From positions 60,636,001-60,700,000 of the forward strand of contig OZ024743.1 of the NCBI GenBank assembly GCA_964016885.1: a stretch of 64,000 nt of DNA. The letters run 5' to 3'. Below, one piece after another: positions 15,607 through 30,589 of the stretch. Origin of the DNA: Eledone cirrhosa (lineage: Eukaryota). Within the stretch, counting starts at the first letter, position 1. Every line of letters begins with the position of its first letter. Both the position numbers and the translations under genes were made by a program. The notes beneath the pieces are model-generated. The model made no database searches, had not been told where the DNA came from, and saw only the letters and a list, made by a program, of their open reading frames with translations.

Positions 15607-16002
15607 TAAGATCAAAAGATGGTTAAAAGAGTTTCATGTATTTTATTATGCGCATTTCAAAAACAAATATCACATGCAATAACATTTGCGTTTTCGTCAG
15701 ATAAAATAGGGAGACATGATATGAAAGTTAAAATGATATGTCGATATGTTGATATGTTGATTTAAAACTGCACTAGTCACAAGTATGTTTTAACCTTCAT
15801 ATCATTTTATCTGACGAAAACGCAAATCTTATTGCATGATGATATTTGTTTTTGAAATGCGCATAATAAAATACATGGAACTCTTTTAACCATCTTTTGA
15901 TCTCATATATTATTATTTATACTCCAGTCCTACAAACTGTAGAGTGCTACTTATCCGATATCTGCATTGCTTTATTGTACTACAATAAAACTCACCTCCT
16001 AC
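15607..16002 (+). mobile_element. Fold-back element with hammerhead motif at 15805-15871
   Basis: 15608-15733 inverted versus 15788-15903; ttttat CTGACGA aaac..gtttt t GAA at gcgc at A|ataaaa. Confidence 0.8.
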
Positions 16003-16018
16003 ATATATATATATATAG

Positions 16019-17062
<1,044 letters not shown>

Positions 17063-17122
17063 AAGTATATGTATCTACGTATCTATGTACCTATGGATGT
17101 GTATGTCCATAACTATCGGTGG

Positions 17123-17170
17123 ATTTCTGATGATTCCATACAAATGGAATAGTTTTAGTCCAGTAGAAGC
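17123..17170 (+). ncRNA. Degenerate family A hammerhead copy
   Basis: attt CTGATGA ttccatacaaat GGAA tagttttagtccagta gaag aligns with 6850-6896; another degenerate copy at 731-770 (-). Confidence 0.35.
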
Positions 17171-17655
17171 CGTTTCTATATAAATCAAAGATATTCATAT
17201 ACATAATATTTATACAATCATACAGGCATTCGTACATAACATACATACCTAAATAAATACATACATACATACATACATACATACATACATACATACATAC
17301 ATACATACATACATACATACATACATACATACATACATACATACACTTAAAATTTTACATTCCATCGATATAGCGCGTAAAACAGAGCAATTTCTATCAA
17401 GCAGAAATCCCTAATTTATTTTATTCTAAAAATTCCCAATATTTTCTTTATATTTTGAATTCTATTGCCTCTGATTTCACCTGCTTTCTGTCTTCTCTTA
17501 CAAAAAACGACCCGCATTTTCAGCTGCAGCATTCCATGATGTATTGACTATAGTGTATATTTAGATACAAGTCTACAAAAATACTCGTTAACTATTTTTA
17601 CGTCATCTTAGCAAATGAAGCGCTACGGGTAATTGAAATACATTCATTCATACAT

Positions 17656-18264
17656 GGTGGCTGCCAACTCGTTTTCGAGTACGGCCACTACTTTATATCC
17701 ATGTAGGAGAACTCCTACCGATGCGCTGAACGAGTGTGACTTTTTAGTCCAGCCAGCGACTTGAAAACTCTGGTACAAACTCTACACTTGTGACAATTAT
17801 TGACACATAGTGCTGGGCCCATGGTACCATGTGACAACAAGTGCAGAGAGATCTCCAGATATAAAGCAATGCCTGTGCCGTGAAGCTTTTATAGTGAGCA
17901 AAGGCACTGCACAAAGCCAGTCCCACTCTCTTAACCAAGATGATATTTACCAAAAAGAACAAGTCAACATCATTGGATACCATCAGGGTTGCAGGTGTTA
18001 TATTAGAGAGAGTTTTCCTTCTCCTAGAATTCTGCCTTGACAAAGGCTAAGGAGTCATCTCTCCCGGTGATTTTGGATGGCCATTGACTCTTAAGAGCTC
18101 CTTTGCCCTTTGACAGGTTTTGTTTTTAGTCTTGCAGGATGTCCAAAGTCACCCTCCTCACCAAGAAACCTTGGTGGGGTTGCCAGTTTAGTCGCCAACG
18201 ACCTGACCATGAGACAGGTTGTACTGGGATACATGTTACCAGTAGCACCAGCTGGTGACCTGAC
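17656..18264. mobile_element. About 610-bp retroposon-like element (family E), copy 2
   Basis: Near-identical to 9049-9656; followed by (CATA)n. Confidence 0.85.
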
Positions 18265-18334
18265 ATACATACATACATACATACATACATACATACATAC
18301 ATACATACATACATACATACATACATACATACAT

Positions 18335-20200
18335 TACAGTTAGCTAAAGTCCCACAACCATTAGTAGCTGCTGTTGAACGCCTGACCAAGAACTGGTACA
18401 CCAATTTGATCCTTAGAGGTGAGAAGGAGCAGGTTAAGACTGATAGGATACATTACCAGAAGGGCATCTTTCAGGGTGATAGCTTGTCAGTACTACTCTT
18501 CGTTCTCTCACTGAATCCACTATCTTACCTACTCAGGAAACAAGGTGGACAAAGAAGTGGGCCCAGAAGTATCTCCCATCTTTTCTTTGTTGATGACCTG
18601 AAGTTGTATGGGCCAAATATCAATGACATCAAGAAACAATTGGACCTCATTACACAATTTTCAACCGACATCAAAATGAAATTTGGTGAGTCCAAGTGTG
18701 CATATTTGGCAGTAAAACGTGGAAGAGCTGTGCCCTCCTCTAGAAATCTAGATATGAACGGCCTGACAATACAACCTCTGCAGTCAGGTGACAACTACAG
18801 ATATCTTGGACAGGATGAGAATGTCAGATATGATGGACCCATAAATAAGGAGAGAACCAGAACTGAATACCTCAGAAGAGTAAAAAAAATATGGTCATCA
18901 GAACTGTCAGCATACAACAAATACATTGCCCACAATACCTATGCTGTGCCAATTCTAACGCCAACATTTGGCCTACTGAACTGGTCATTGCAAGAACTAA
19001 GTGAGATGGATGTTAGAACTCGAAAACTTCTCAGTGTTACTGGGAACTTTAACATCAATGGTGATGTGGATAGGCTATACTTCTCACGCAAGGAAGGTGG
19101 CCGGGGTCTAAAATCAATATTAACAACATATGAGACCCGGATAGTAACACTGAAGCAACACCTTCAACAGAGGAAAAAGGTTGGCGACCATCTTGCTCAG
19201 GTTTATGAGCATGAAAAAAGAAATATCATTAGAATAGCGACTGATCTGGAGGAGAGATATGGAATAAAGCCTGATATAAATCTCTCACCCAGAGAAATCG
19301 GAAGATCCTATTCAATGTTCAAACAAGAAAAAAAAATTGACCAATTTACAGAGAAAGTTGTGCATGGATACTTGAGGCGTAAAACACAGACCATAGAGGG
19401 GATAAACCACTCAAAAAGCCTGGCATGGAGTTCCGACAAGTTTATGACATCACACCTTGAGGGATATCTCTATGCAATACAGGAACAAGAACTCCCTACC
19501 AAATATCTGCTGCACAAAAGAGGAGGGCCAGCAGCTGACAATAAATGTAGGCTATGTAAAACAAAGATCAAGGATGTAAGCCACATTGTTGCCAGCTGCG
19601 AAAGAATGTCATCTCGCTACTACCTCCCCATGAGACACGATGGGGTAGCTAGAACTATCTGGAACGCACTTCGGAAAACAAAATTAACAACAAACGAGGA
19701 AGAATATATTGAGACAGATGGCACTAAGGAATACTGGTGGAACCTGAAAATAAAAACTGCCACCAAATTAAAGCACAACCGGCCTGATATTGTAGTTTGG
19801 GACCACACATTGAAAACGTGTTCTGTTGTGGAGATCAGCTGCCCACTTGATGTAAACGTTGTCAGAAAAATACAGGAGAAGGAGGACATCTACGGACCAT
19901 TGATGAGGAGCTTACAAATCCAGTATCCAAGATACACCTTTAGCTTCATACCCATCATTATTGGTGCTACGGGTTATATACCAACCCGCTTGGACCAAAG
20001 TATGACCGAACTTGGATTTGCGGGCAAAAAGCGCAGCTCCCTAATTCATAGTCTACAAATGGCTGCGATAGCTGGCACCTTCAAAATATGCAAAACATTC
20101 TTGCGATTCAAGGGATGACAATTTCTTTTCTTTTACAACCTTGCCACCAGGAAGGTGGCCGGTCAAAAAAATATACTCGAAATTAAGAGAAAGAGAAAAC
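18335..20200 (+). mobile_element. 5'-truncated R4/Dong-clade non-LTR retrotransposon inserted in (CATA)n
   Basis: Open RT plus REL ORF, about 80-nt 3' UTR, (CATA)n on both sides. Confidence 0.88.
18406..20118 (+). CDS. Reverse transcriptase plus restriction-like endonuclease (C-terminal 570 aa, frame open from about 18335)
   Basis: GIFQGDSLS, HLFFVDDLKLY, YRYLG, RLY..RKEGGRGL, CRLC..H....C zinc knuckle, RHD, NRPDIVV..E..C REL motif. Confidence 0.9.
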   Translation: MILRGEKEQVKTDRIHYQKGIFQGDSLSVLLFVLSLNPLSYLLRKQGGQRSGPRSISHLFFVDDLKLYGPNINDIKKQLDLITQFSTDIKMKFGESKCAYLAVKRGRAVPSSRNLDMNGLTIQPLQSGDNYRYLGQDENVRYDGPINKERTRTEYLRRVKKIWSSELSAYNKYIAHNTYAVPILTPTFGLLNWSLQELSEMDVRTRKLLSVTGNFNINGDVDRLYFSRKEGGRGLKSILTTYETRIVTLKQHLQQRKKVGDHLAQVYEHEKRNIIRIATDLEERYGIKPDINLSPREIGRSYSMFKQEKKIDQFTEKVVHGYLRRKTQTIEGINHSKSLAWSSDKFMTSHLEGYLYAIQEQELPTKYLLHKRGGPAADNKCRLCKTKIKDVSHIVASCERMSSRYYLPMRHDGVARTIWNALRKTKLTTNEEEYIETDGTKEYWWNLKIKTATKLKHNRPDIVVWDHTLKTCSVVEISCPLDVNVVRKIQEKEDIYGPLMRSLQIQYPRYTFSFIPIIIGATGYIPTRLDQSMTELGFAGKKRSSLIHSLQMAAIAGTFKICKTFLRFKG

Positions 20201-20220
20201 ATACATACATACATACATAT

Positions 20221-20390
20221 GTAGCTCCCTAATTCATAGTCTACAAATGGCTGCGATAGCTGGCACCTTCAAAATGTGCAAAACATTCTTGCGATTCAAA
20301 GGATGACAATTTCTTCTCTTTTACAACCTTGCCATCAGGAAGGTGGCCGGTCCAAAAAAGATATACTCGAAATTAAGAGAAAGAGATAAC
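20221..20390 (+). mobile_element. Second, heavily 5'-truncated copy of the same R4/Dong element
   Basis: Repeats 20035-20200 with a few substitutions; again ends in ac|atacatac. Confidence 0.85.
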
Positions 20391-20479
20391 ATACATACAT
20401 ACTCGTATGAAAGAATCATTCTGATGATTTCATCTACTTTGCAAAGTCGAATTCTTTGCCAGAAAATTGGTCTAGACAA

Positions 20480-20820
20480 AATACAGAATACATGTGACTA
20501 AACTAAGAAGATGGAAACTTCTACTCCTTAGAACGAAGGCGGTAGAGGTACGCTGAGATATACATATGGAAGCTCCAAGAAGGATTAGCACCAAACTTTG
20601 ATATTGGCAGCTGGACCAGCCCTGGAATAAGACAGCACTGTGTTGTGCCAACGATCCCGTCTTTCACATCTAGAGTAAGGAGTAGATATTGCAATAGCGT
20701 GGGTTTCAAAGGCCCCTAACTCTTTAATAAGCTGCGAAAACCCTTTAGAGATCTACATGGTGTAGACGTGGATGGTTTCAAGAAAGATCATGTCACTCTG
20801 CTATCCAGGATCTCAGTTGA
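20480..20820 (+). pseudogene. CR1-type LINE ORF2 C-terminal fragment
   Basis: YSLERRR*RYAEIYIWKLQEGLAPNF...FKGP*LFNKL...VDGFKK. Confidence 0.65.
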
Positions 20821-20997
20821 ATATATATATATATATATATTTATAAATGTATGTTGACACAAAATTAAACATTCCAATGTTTGCTTATTTGGCTGACATT
20901 CTGCGATGCTGTCGTATCCGCTCATTTTCTTTTTAGCCAGACAAAACGAAAACAAAATGGCTGTCACATGATCATGAAACTTATTATATTGTTATAC

Positions 20998-21054
<57 letters not shown>

Positions 21055-21315
21055 GTTAAGATGCGTGGGCTGGTGAGTAGCGTGTTCGTCTCATGAGTTC
21101 GAATCTAAGATCTGAAATACAGATTTTTGTTTTTATAGAGTATGTTCAAAAAAATTGTTTTCCATGTTAAAAATTACATATATCAGGTAGAACACACACT
21201 GGGTAGCCCTTCCCTCTCCCGTTCGGAACACAGCAGAGAGAAAGAAAGAGAGAGAGTGTGAGTGAGAGAGAGAGAAAGAAAGAGAGAGAGTGTCAGTAAG
21301 AGGGAAAGAGTGAGC

Positions 21316-21375
<60 letters not shown>

Positions 21376-21871
21376 AGAAAGACAGACAGTGAAAGAGATA
21401 ATGAATGACAAAGGAAAGAACAACCTAGTACGGGGCCGGTACTTTATTTAATATGAATATTGCATATCTGGGATTACATTATTTATATAAATACCTTCTT
21501 TTTCTCAAGAGGAAAGGGTTTGATTACAGGGAAATTCAGCTACTATTTCTAGTATATCGTGTGGCTACTTAGAAGCTGCCTCCCATTGTCATTATATTAG
21601 TATAAGATTTAAAGTTCAACTTTAAATGATTGCTAACGTTCTGTTGAAGATTAAAAACATATTTTCCTAGAATCTGAACCTAACCTTGCACAGATCCTTC
21701 CATTTATCCCAAACAGGAAACAATCTATGTCATGCTTTTCTTTCTTTCTTTCTTTCTTTCCTTCCTCACTTCGTTTCTACACTTTTCCAGTTTAAAAATA
21801 ATCTATCAGCTAACCAGTCAGCATTCGCGAATTACAGCCACTCTATTGTATATCTACTACTACTACTACTA

Positions 21872-21909
<38 letters not shown>

Positions 21910-22104
21910 GTTTTATACAATTATTCCTTAAACAACCCTATCCAGTAATAAAATACAAGTCAAAACTAACCCGAAACAAACCCCACTAATTAGAATAACC
22001 CAGTTAAATAGAAACAAAATTAGAAACAGAATTAAAACCACAACAGGAAACCTCATTGTACTGTAAATGTCATACAAAAGTCTGGTGACTGATCATATGG
22101 TTAA

Positions 22105-22430
22105 TAACTGTTTCTACTTCAGGTACAAGGCGAGTAATTACTCCAGTGCATTACTGGTGTTTTATTTTATTGATCCCGTAAAGATGAAAGTCAAAGTTAA
22201 CCTCACTAGGATTTGAACTCTATGCTGCAAAGCAGGCACAACACCAGCAGTTTGGGATCGAGAAGTAAGGTTGATTGTGTAGACTCAGTACATGACTGGT
22301 ACTAAATGTTATCGAGCTTGAAAGGAAGAAACCAAAGTTGGGCATGATGGGATTTGAACTTAGAAAGTTAAGAGCAGAAGAAATATTGGGTAGTATTTCT
22401 TCCGACGCTCTAACAATTCTACCACCCTTC
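22105..22430 (-). mobile_element. Diverged Nin-type SINE copies
   Basis: Similarity to 59945-60530. Confidence 0.6.
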
Positions 22431-22639
22431 AGACGATTAATAAGTTAATAAGAATGTGAATTCTTTCTTTCCTGGACACTAGTTCCGGAATACAAAGTAC
22501 AATACAAATGGACAAGGACAGTGAGGATTTACGTTTAATTAATCGTGTAAACAAAGAAAAGAGGTACCACAAAATCAATGAATTAAAACAGATTCTGCGA
22601 TAGAGGGGAGCATCACCCGGGTGTAGTTTAGGAAGCAAG

Positions 22640-23550
22640 CAGATCTAAAACCACCCAAATCACCAAGAGAACCTTCCTTTGTCTCTGAACTCTCCAGTTT
22701 ATAAGTGTATGGTCAGTGTATGGCCATTCACTCGGCTCATCCTCACTGCAGACACCCACCTTTTAACAAATGCACCGAGGGGCAGTACTTCCCTCTCCAT
22801 CCCCAACTTACTTTCAAAAGTAAATTCTTTCAAGCGTAAAGCACTTCCGTGTCTGCACAATTTGTCTCAAACCAGCAATACCCTCCGGTAGCACTGCTAG
22901 GTCAGTGATTTCTGAACATTACCCATAGGCCGCGGACAGAAAGTGCTCTAGAGCGGACTGGCAAGTTCGTTCTCGTAGATGTCTAGAGTCTCCCCGAGAC
23001 GTCGTCGAACATTCCCGTCACGACTCGTCTAAAGAACGCTGACGACGCTATTGAAAGGCATAGATTTTCCTCTTTAAAGACCGAGCTTCAAATCCACCTA
23101 CTTTTTCGAGTTGATTTTTGCTCCCGTTAACGTATCATAAGGAGTTGCTGAGTACCTCGATTTCCGAAATCTTCGACACCGTCACGGTGAAGTCGTCCGC
23201 ATATGTCAACAGAGTCCTTTCACGTCTCAACTCGAACAGGGTGCCCTGCAACAGCTACAGATTCCGTAGTAATGGCTCGAGAGTCAGCAAATATTGGAGA
23301 AAGGAGAGAGGGCATCTTCAACAGACCGAATGGGTGAACTTAAAGGTTCTGATAAGTGGTCATTTACATTAACCACCGAGCATATGCCACTCCGCATTGC
23401 AGCGATCCAGTCGCTGAAGACAAGACCGAAAGCGACTACTTTGAGGATTGATCTAACTTAATCAGAGCCCCTCCGAAGCCAAATTTATTCACTACCATCT
23501 CTATGATGTATATCAAGTGGCGGAGGTTGTTCTGTATAGACCTGCTCGAA
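22640..23550 (-). pseudogene. Decayed L1/Tx1-clade LINE ORF2 fragment
   Basis: rc: IQNNLRHLIYII, CPLSPLQYLLTLEPLLR, TYADDFTV; homologous to 48365-50436. Confidence 0.7.
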
Positions 23551-26046
23551 AGCGATGCGGTAAAAATAAGGGAAGACTTTAGGAAGAAAAGAGAGAAAGA
23601 GAGAGAAATATAGAAAGAGAGAGAGAGAAAAAATATGTAAGAAAGGTTGAGACATGTTGGAGGAATGAAAGAGATTTGATAAATGTTGGCATGGGTATGT
23701 AGTAAGCGAGCTCGCTTCTCAACATCGTTGTTCTAGGTTCAGTTACACTCCACAGCACCTAGAAAAATTGTCTTATATTATAGTACAATTGTCATCGTAT
23801 ATATGTGATAGTGGAGGGGATAAGTGTGTGTGCGTGTTTGTGCATACGTGTGTGTGTCTATTTGGCTAGGCTGTGTCTTTGTTTATTTCCCACTAAATCA
23901 GCGGTTCGGCAAAGGAACCGATATAAAGACCAAACATGAAAAATAACTATTCGGGCTAATATGATTGACTCTAAAGCGATGCTCCTACTTGGCCGCAGTC
24001 TAATGATTCTATGGTGTAAAAGGAACTGTTAAAGTGTAGACAGTCAGCAAATCAGATTTCCTCTATTATTTGTTTCACTTATGAAATTCCATCTCGTAGA
24101 TCCTTAACTTTTGATACAATGGGCGACGTCAAAACATAAGGTGTGTCTTGGGCATTTGAACCTGGTGGACTCTATCTCTCCCCAGCCTTGATTACATGCC
24201 TCACTATATATTCCGGCTCATTACGTTCTGAGTTCAAATCTCCCAAAGGTCAATTTTGTCTTTCATCTTTTCATGGTCCATTAATAAAGTACCAGTCTAA
24301 GGAACAATAGATTGGCGAAATTATTAAAGAGTCGGAAGGGTGGCGTTGTGGTATATGATAGGAATCCTTGCCTTTTGAGTTCAATTACCGTCTCATACTG
24401 CCAGGAAATGCGAACAACAAATATTATCAGGAAGGTAAATGAAAATATTGTATATTTGGTCTTATATAATGATCGGGTCCACTCTATTTTTCTCTCTCTT
24501 CCTAACAAATCATTTAAAAGTAAATAAATACTGAGAACAGAATGGTTCGATTTTACGTGGTGCTAGTGGCTTGAACTTTATTGCCCGTTGTTCCAGCCCA
24601 CATGGCTAGTAAAACGAAGTTGTACGTGTATTTCAAAGACCAGACATGAAAAACACTGTCACTCTGAATCTCCCTAAGAATTATTCTAAAGGGACACGTA
24701 TCTGTGAAATGCTTAGTCACATGTGTGTTAATTTTACGAAACGGCTGTTCTGTTGTGTAAACAACTAGTTGTTTATGTGTATATATTTGTGTATGTATAT
24801 GTGCATGTGCATGTGTGTGTGTGTGTGTGTGTGCGTGTGTGCATATGCGCGCGCGCCAAACCATATATATTAGAATAACAAATGCTATAGTCCTAACATA
24901 TGTTGCCACTGGAAAGAAATCTTTGATAATTCATCTGAAATTTAACCCGTTCCCCTCTCATCACACAAACCATTGGCTGCGTTTCAACTACAAAATACTA
25001 AATATAAGTATTCTAAACAAGTCGCAGTCTAAACTCCCGACAGAATACCGCCATTGCAGCAAACTACTATTGCATGGCATGTCTACGAACATAAGCGTAT
25101 AAAATTATCCTTACTTTTCTGAAGAAGTATAGGATATATTGATTTATTCTATCTACAAGTACGAAGCTTTAGATCTAAACATATCACATATGGGAGACAA
25201 TGAATATTTTATATATGTCCGTCATATTGGCAGTCATACAACGTCATATATTTGAAGTAATACGTTATTACGGAGAAATGAATATGATACTAAACTTTGC
25301 GATAGTAAACTTTGGGTTATGAAACCGAATTTGACAGAAGAAAACTTTATCTAACATTGAGCCGATTCGAATGCAAGGTTTCAATCCTAAGTTTGGTTAT
25401 ATTTCCAATCTAAATCACGCTAACTTTACTAGAATTAAAGAGCAAGTCTCTATGTAGGCGTGCAATCTATTAGAGAAAACAGTCAAATCTCCTTCAAATC
25501 ACTCACTACTTACTTAATACATGCAAGAATGTGGTGGTCACAGCTTGAATGCCTTTAAACATAGCTCTGCTCGATTGGAGATTACCTACGATTGACAAAA
25601 ATGTTTTACAGCTCACATTTATGTAGATTTAGTTAGCCTCCTCAAAGAAAGGTATTTTAATGACGAGGACCCTGTCTTATCATGAAAAACAACGTGTAAT
25701 TAAAAGCTTACTCAAAAGCACAACAACCGCCCGATCCAAGAATCGCGCACAGGACTACACTATCGTGAACCAAACATCCCAATGTCTAGGCTACGTGTCT
25801 TCACTGATCTATGACTTGTCAATAACAATTGGTAAATTATAAACATCAAAAATCCCTTTCCTCCTAGATATGGATATGTATGGATAGTGAAAATTGTAAG
25901 AGTGTGGCAACATTTGGAGAAATGTTTTGATTTGGCGCAAATCCACAAATCACGAAGTATCGTCCAAACTGCCAAAATTGCAGAGGTGGTGGGAACAGAC
26001 ACAGACGTAAACAACAACTGATTTCATTGCATTGCTTCTCTCCTCT

Positions 26047-26113
<67 letters not shown>

Positions 26114-26366
26114 CTCTCTCTTTCTCTCTCTCTCTCTCCCTCTCTATCTCTCCTTCTCTCTCTCTCTTTCTCCCTCTTTTCTTCCCTCTCTCTCTTCATC
26201 TATCTATCTCTATTCTCATGTCTCTATTCATTTATCTGTTTAGCAATAGGATTCCCTTACATGTTCCATCTCAACTATGCATGCTTTCTTTTCTCCCCTT
26301 TCTTTCACTTATTTCTTTTTTATCATCTCATCTCTCTTCCTGTTTTCTTCTCACTTTTTCTGTATG

Positions 26367-26403
26367 ACTTCTGATGAAGGACTACCGTCTGAAACGTTAA
26401 GAC
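26367..26403 (+). ncRNA. Minimal hammerhead motif (family H)
   Basis: ctt CTGATGA a ggac tacc gtct GAAACGTT|aag; homologs at 44682 and degenerate 2385-2420. Confidence 0.6.
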
Positions 26404-26789
26404 GCTTATAAGCGTTATACCAATATATTATTATTGCTCTCGTGTACTGTGTTTTTTTTTTCGTGTCTTTTTTTTTTTACTTATCTTATATTTATCTATC
26501 TATCCATCTATTTAGCTAATTAGTTAACAAACAATCAAACACTCTTTTTATTCCCTTCCCATCTGATCACTAGACCGCTTTTAGCGTAAAAACAGATCTA
26601 AAACTAATTTCGGAATTGTACTTATCTGATAAGTGATTTGCTGTGAGACTGTGTATTGAAACTGAAGCGTTTACTTCGGTAAAAGTCATTTTAGCCATTC
26701 TAAATGAGATTAAAACGGTTACCTTTATTTTGCTTATATCATTTATTTTTTGGTATCAATATTTTTGTCGCCTTGTTTGCAGCCTATTC

Positions 26790-26925
26790 ATGGAGTTCCA
26801 TACAATGCATACAAGTGTTTAATCATGCTTTGCAACTAGAGGGAGTTGGCATCGCATTAGACATTAGAAAGGCTTCAGCCACATCTGACATGACAGCATC
26901 CTAATAAATTTCTCTAAATATAATA
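26790..26925 (+). pseudogene. Short decayed LINE RT fragment
   Basis: GIALDIRKA..HI*HDSIL resembles ALDISKAFDRVWHxGLL. Confidence 0.4.
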
Positions 26926-28532
26926 AGCTCCATATCTATCATATCTTTTGGTTCGATGATGATGATGATAATAAAATTAACAATGAATAATATTCTAAAT
27001 GTAATCTACGGTTCGTTATTCTTCCGGAGAAAGCAATCTTGCTTTTTCACTACAGACAAAGATATGTATATAAAGCAGTTTGAGTTTGGTTGTTCGCCTT
27101 CCGGTGGTTCCAACGAAGAGTATTCCAGATATATTCAAATAAAGGAACAATCCACTTGTGAGGTTAATATGCAAGTGGCTGAACATTTCACAGCCACGTG
27201 CATCCATAACGTATTTCTCTGGGAGATTCTGTATGACAGAGTGTGTGACAAAGCCGTTACTTTGAATTACATGTACAACACATGTTTGCGATTTGATCGG
27301 ACTGGATTAAAGTGAAATAAAATATTTTAGACTCGAGGCGCTGCCAGAAATTGAATTCATGACATTACTAATGTGAACCACCGAGCCATGCAACATAAAC
27401 AAATGTGTATATACTGGTAGCATGGAACATTGTTGAGATGGCTTCAATTAACTATTGGTGAAGCAGACAGAAGTCCACATTCCCTGTAACACTTAATATA
27501 TACCAATCAATTTCGTTATTCAATCTAATAGGCGTAAAACAAAAAAGGTTTGTACTGTCTCAAGCACATATGTCCTCCACCTCATCTGCAACGTTTTTAT
27601 TTTATACCCAGTTATTATTATTTATATTTCAAAGTTATTGGTATTTCTGAATATCGTTTTTTTTGTATTCAGTCATATTATATCAAAAAAATATCAGCGG
27701 AAAATTTGATATCATTTTTATCTCTGAAAATGATAAATGATCATTTTTATTCAAATTCCCAGCAAACGATACCCACAACATAATTAATGCTATTTTTATA
27801 CGTCAATATAAAATAGTTATTTTATTGAAATCGAAATAACCAAGCTATAAGTGTAGAGTTTTGTTTGTGTTAAACATTGTTAAATTTTAGAAGTTCTTTA
27901 TAATTATTAATAAAAACTCAAAATGAAAGAAACAATGTTCATAGAATCGGAACGAATTTCCTTAAGATATTAAACTAAATACAGAAACAACATGACTAAA
28001 ATATGTTTGTCCTGAATAAGCTGCTATAGATTTGTTGAGGCGTGAAACACCATGACATTGATATAATCTGTTGGGAGTCATAAATGTCCCCTTCGTCATA
28101 AAACATTGTTTTATTTATAGCTTATATATATAAAAACATACTTACCAATCTGTCTGTAGTGTAGTATACAAATTAAATTCTTGTCGGTTATGTAATCTAG
28201 CATTTGTTATTGCTTCTTACATAGTCTTTCGTGTTTCTTATTTTCTTATAGTTATAGATACAAAATATTTCAATATACACGTATGTATACTTTATATATC
28301 TCTATGTATCTTATTACTTCCTTTTCTAATTTTCAAAATCCACATAGGAGACAATTGTCAAAATTTTCATTTGTCTCTTGCTATTATTCTGGTTTATGTC
28401 ATAAGTGTTTATCCTGTAAGCTCCACCATTATTGCATCACGTCGGCAACATCAAGGAGAGAATTACATCCAATTTTCCATACATGTATGTATGTATATTT
28501 ACTTATTGATCGCTAAATTTTCCATTAAATAC

Positions 28533-28615
28533 CATCTCCGAGACTTCAATGGCTCCACCACATCTCAGGCAAGTCGACTTGCATCTCAATTTGGACGAAA
28601 TTCTACATCCGGTTC
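28533..28615 (-). other. Candidate 83-nt host exon
   Basis: Polypyrimidine tract plus cag acceptor, gtattt donor; single open frame TGCRISSKLRCKSTCLRCGGAIEVSEM. Confidence 0.3.
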
Positions 28616-28801
28616 CTGTTTGAATAAAACAAAAATGGAACTACGTTAATAATTTAACTTGTTCATAGGATTAATATACGATATTGAGTGTTCCAGTTGT
28701 TCGATGAAGGGAACAGCTTATTCATTAAATTGACATGCAAATGACTATACATTCCATTCACGCGTATGTGTATATATATACACATAAATACATACATACA
28801 T

Positions 28802-28837
<36 letters not shown>

Positions 28838-28846
28838 TACATACAT

Positions 28847-28901
<55 letters not shown>

Positions 28902-28929
28902 CGTGTGTGTGCGTGCGTGTGTGTGCGTG

Positions 28930-28969
<40 letters not shown>

Positions 28970-28976
28970 CGTGTAA

Positions 28977-29008
<32 letters not shown>

Positions 29009-29275
29009 TTGTATAAATATTCAGCCATGTAGAACCATAACTATTTTTTTTTAGTTATTTGAACATGGGAAAAACGGCCATTAATCGCTCGTATACATGA
29101 AACTGACAGGCCTATATGCTGATATGCAAATCTGGCTGAGCAGTGGATCTACTAATATGCAGATCTGACTGATCAACCAGTCTGCTAATATGCAAATTCA
29201 GGTCGATCAGTCACTGCATATTTTAGAAAATATCATATATTTTCACTATCTCTGACAGTTGGCAGGTGAAGAGTA

Positions 29276-29324
29276 AACTGCACTGATGAAGAGTAATCAC
29301 CCAGGAACATTAGTGTCTGCAGTT
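29276..29324 (+). ncRNA. Hammerhead motif with GAAA>GGAA change
   Basis: aactgca CTGATGA..GGA aca ttag tgt C|tgcagtt; 7-bp stem I. Confidence 0.55.
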
Positions 29325-29520
29325 CTGTTTATATGCCAATACAAGAGCAAGAATAGGGGGCGTCATTCTACTGACATGGTTTAAAAGAGGCTGTTTGCAT
29401 AATTGCAAACGAATCGAATATTATTATTTATATTCGAAAACCTCAGATTACATTTATTGTATTCAGTCATGTAGAGCGATATTTTCATTTTTAGTTATTA
29501 TATATGAATATATATATATT

Positions 29521-29583
<63 letters not shown>

Positions 29584-29584
29584 G

Positions 29585-29639
<55 letters not shown>

Positions 29640-29640
29640 G

Positions 29641-29695
<55 letters not shown>

Positions 29696-29696
29696 G

Positions 29697-29745
<49 letters not shown>

Positions 29746-29746
29746 G

Positions 29747-29799
<53 letters not shown>

Positions 29800-29806
29800 G
29801 TATATG

Positions 29807-29865
<59 letters not shown>

Positions 29866-29877
29866 GTATATATATAA

Positions 29878-29908
<31 letters not shown>

Positions 29909-29929
29909 AATATATATATAGATATATAT

Positions 29930-30589
29930 TAGAAACTCAAAATAGTCTCTTACAATAAATTAGTTCTAGGAAAGAGATTTTTCCGAGCCGTATAATATAA
30001 CTGAACAAAAAAGAAAAACGAACACAGACATATACATATATGTGTTCAAATCGCAAGGGACCAGATTCGCTAACGTGAAGAGAATACTAACTACAAATAG
30101 GGTTTTCCAGACTCAATTTAAGAATAAATCAAGAAAGTAAATACAAACCGGAATTGTGGTAACTACCAATCACCCTGACAGTTTTGATAATACTGTTTCG
30201 CAATATTAATTGTGAAGTGGAATACCAAATCTCATCAACGGCTGAAGAATTATTAGTATCCTGGTCACTTCTAAGTATATTAAAAAACTGGATAATGTGC
30301 GTATATATAACAACTCACATGGTATCAGATCTTAGCGTGTCTCGTAGAATCATACCACTAAAAATAGCAGCCGGGTTTACTCGACATTTGAATTAGTTCG
30401 ACGAATTAACGGAGCCGAATGTAGTTACCACAATTCTGGTTTGTATTTATTTTCTTAATTTATTCTTATATTGAGTCTGGCAAACCCTATTGTCTGCAGT
30501 TAGTATTCTCTTCACCTTAGCGAATCTGGTCCCTTGCGATTTGAACACATATATGTATATGTCTGTGTTCGTTTTTCTTTTTTGTTCAG

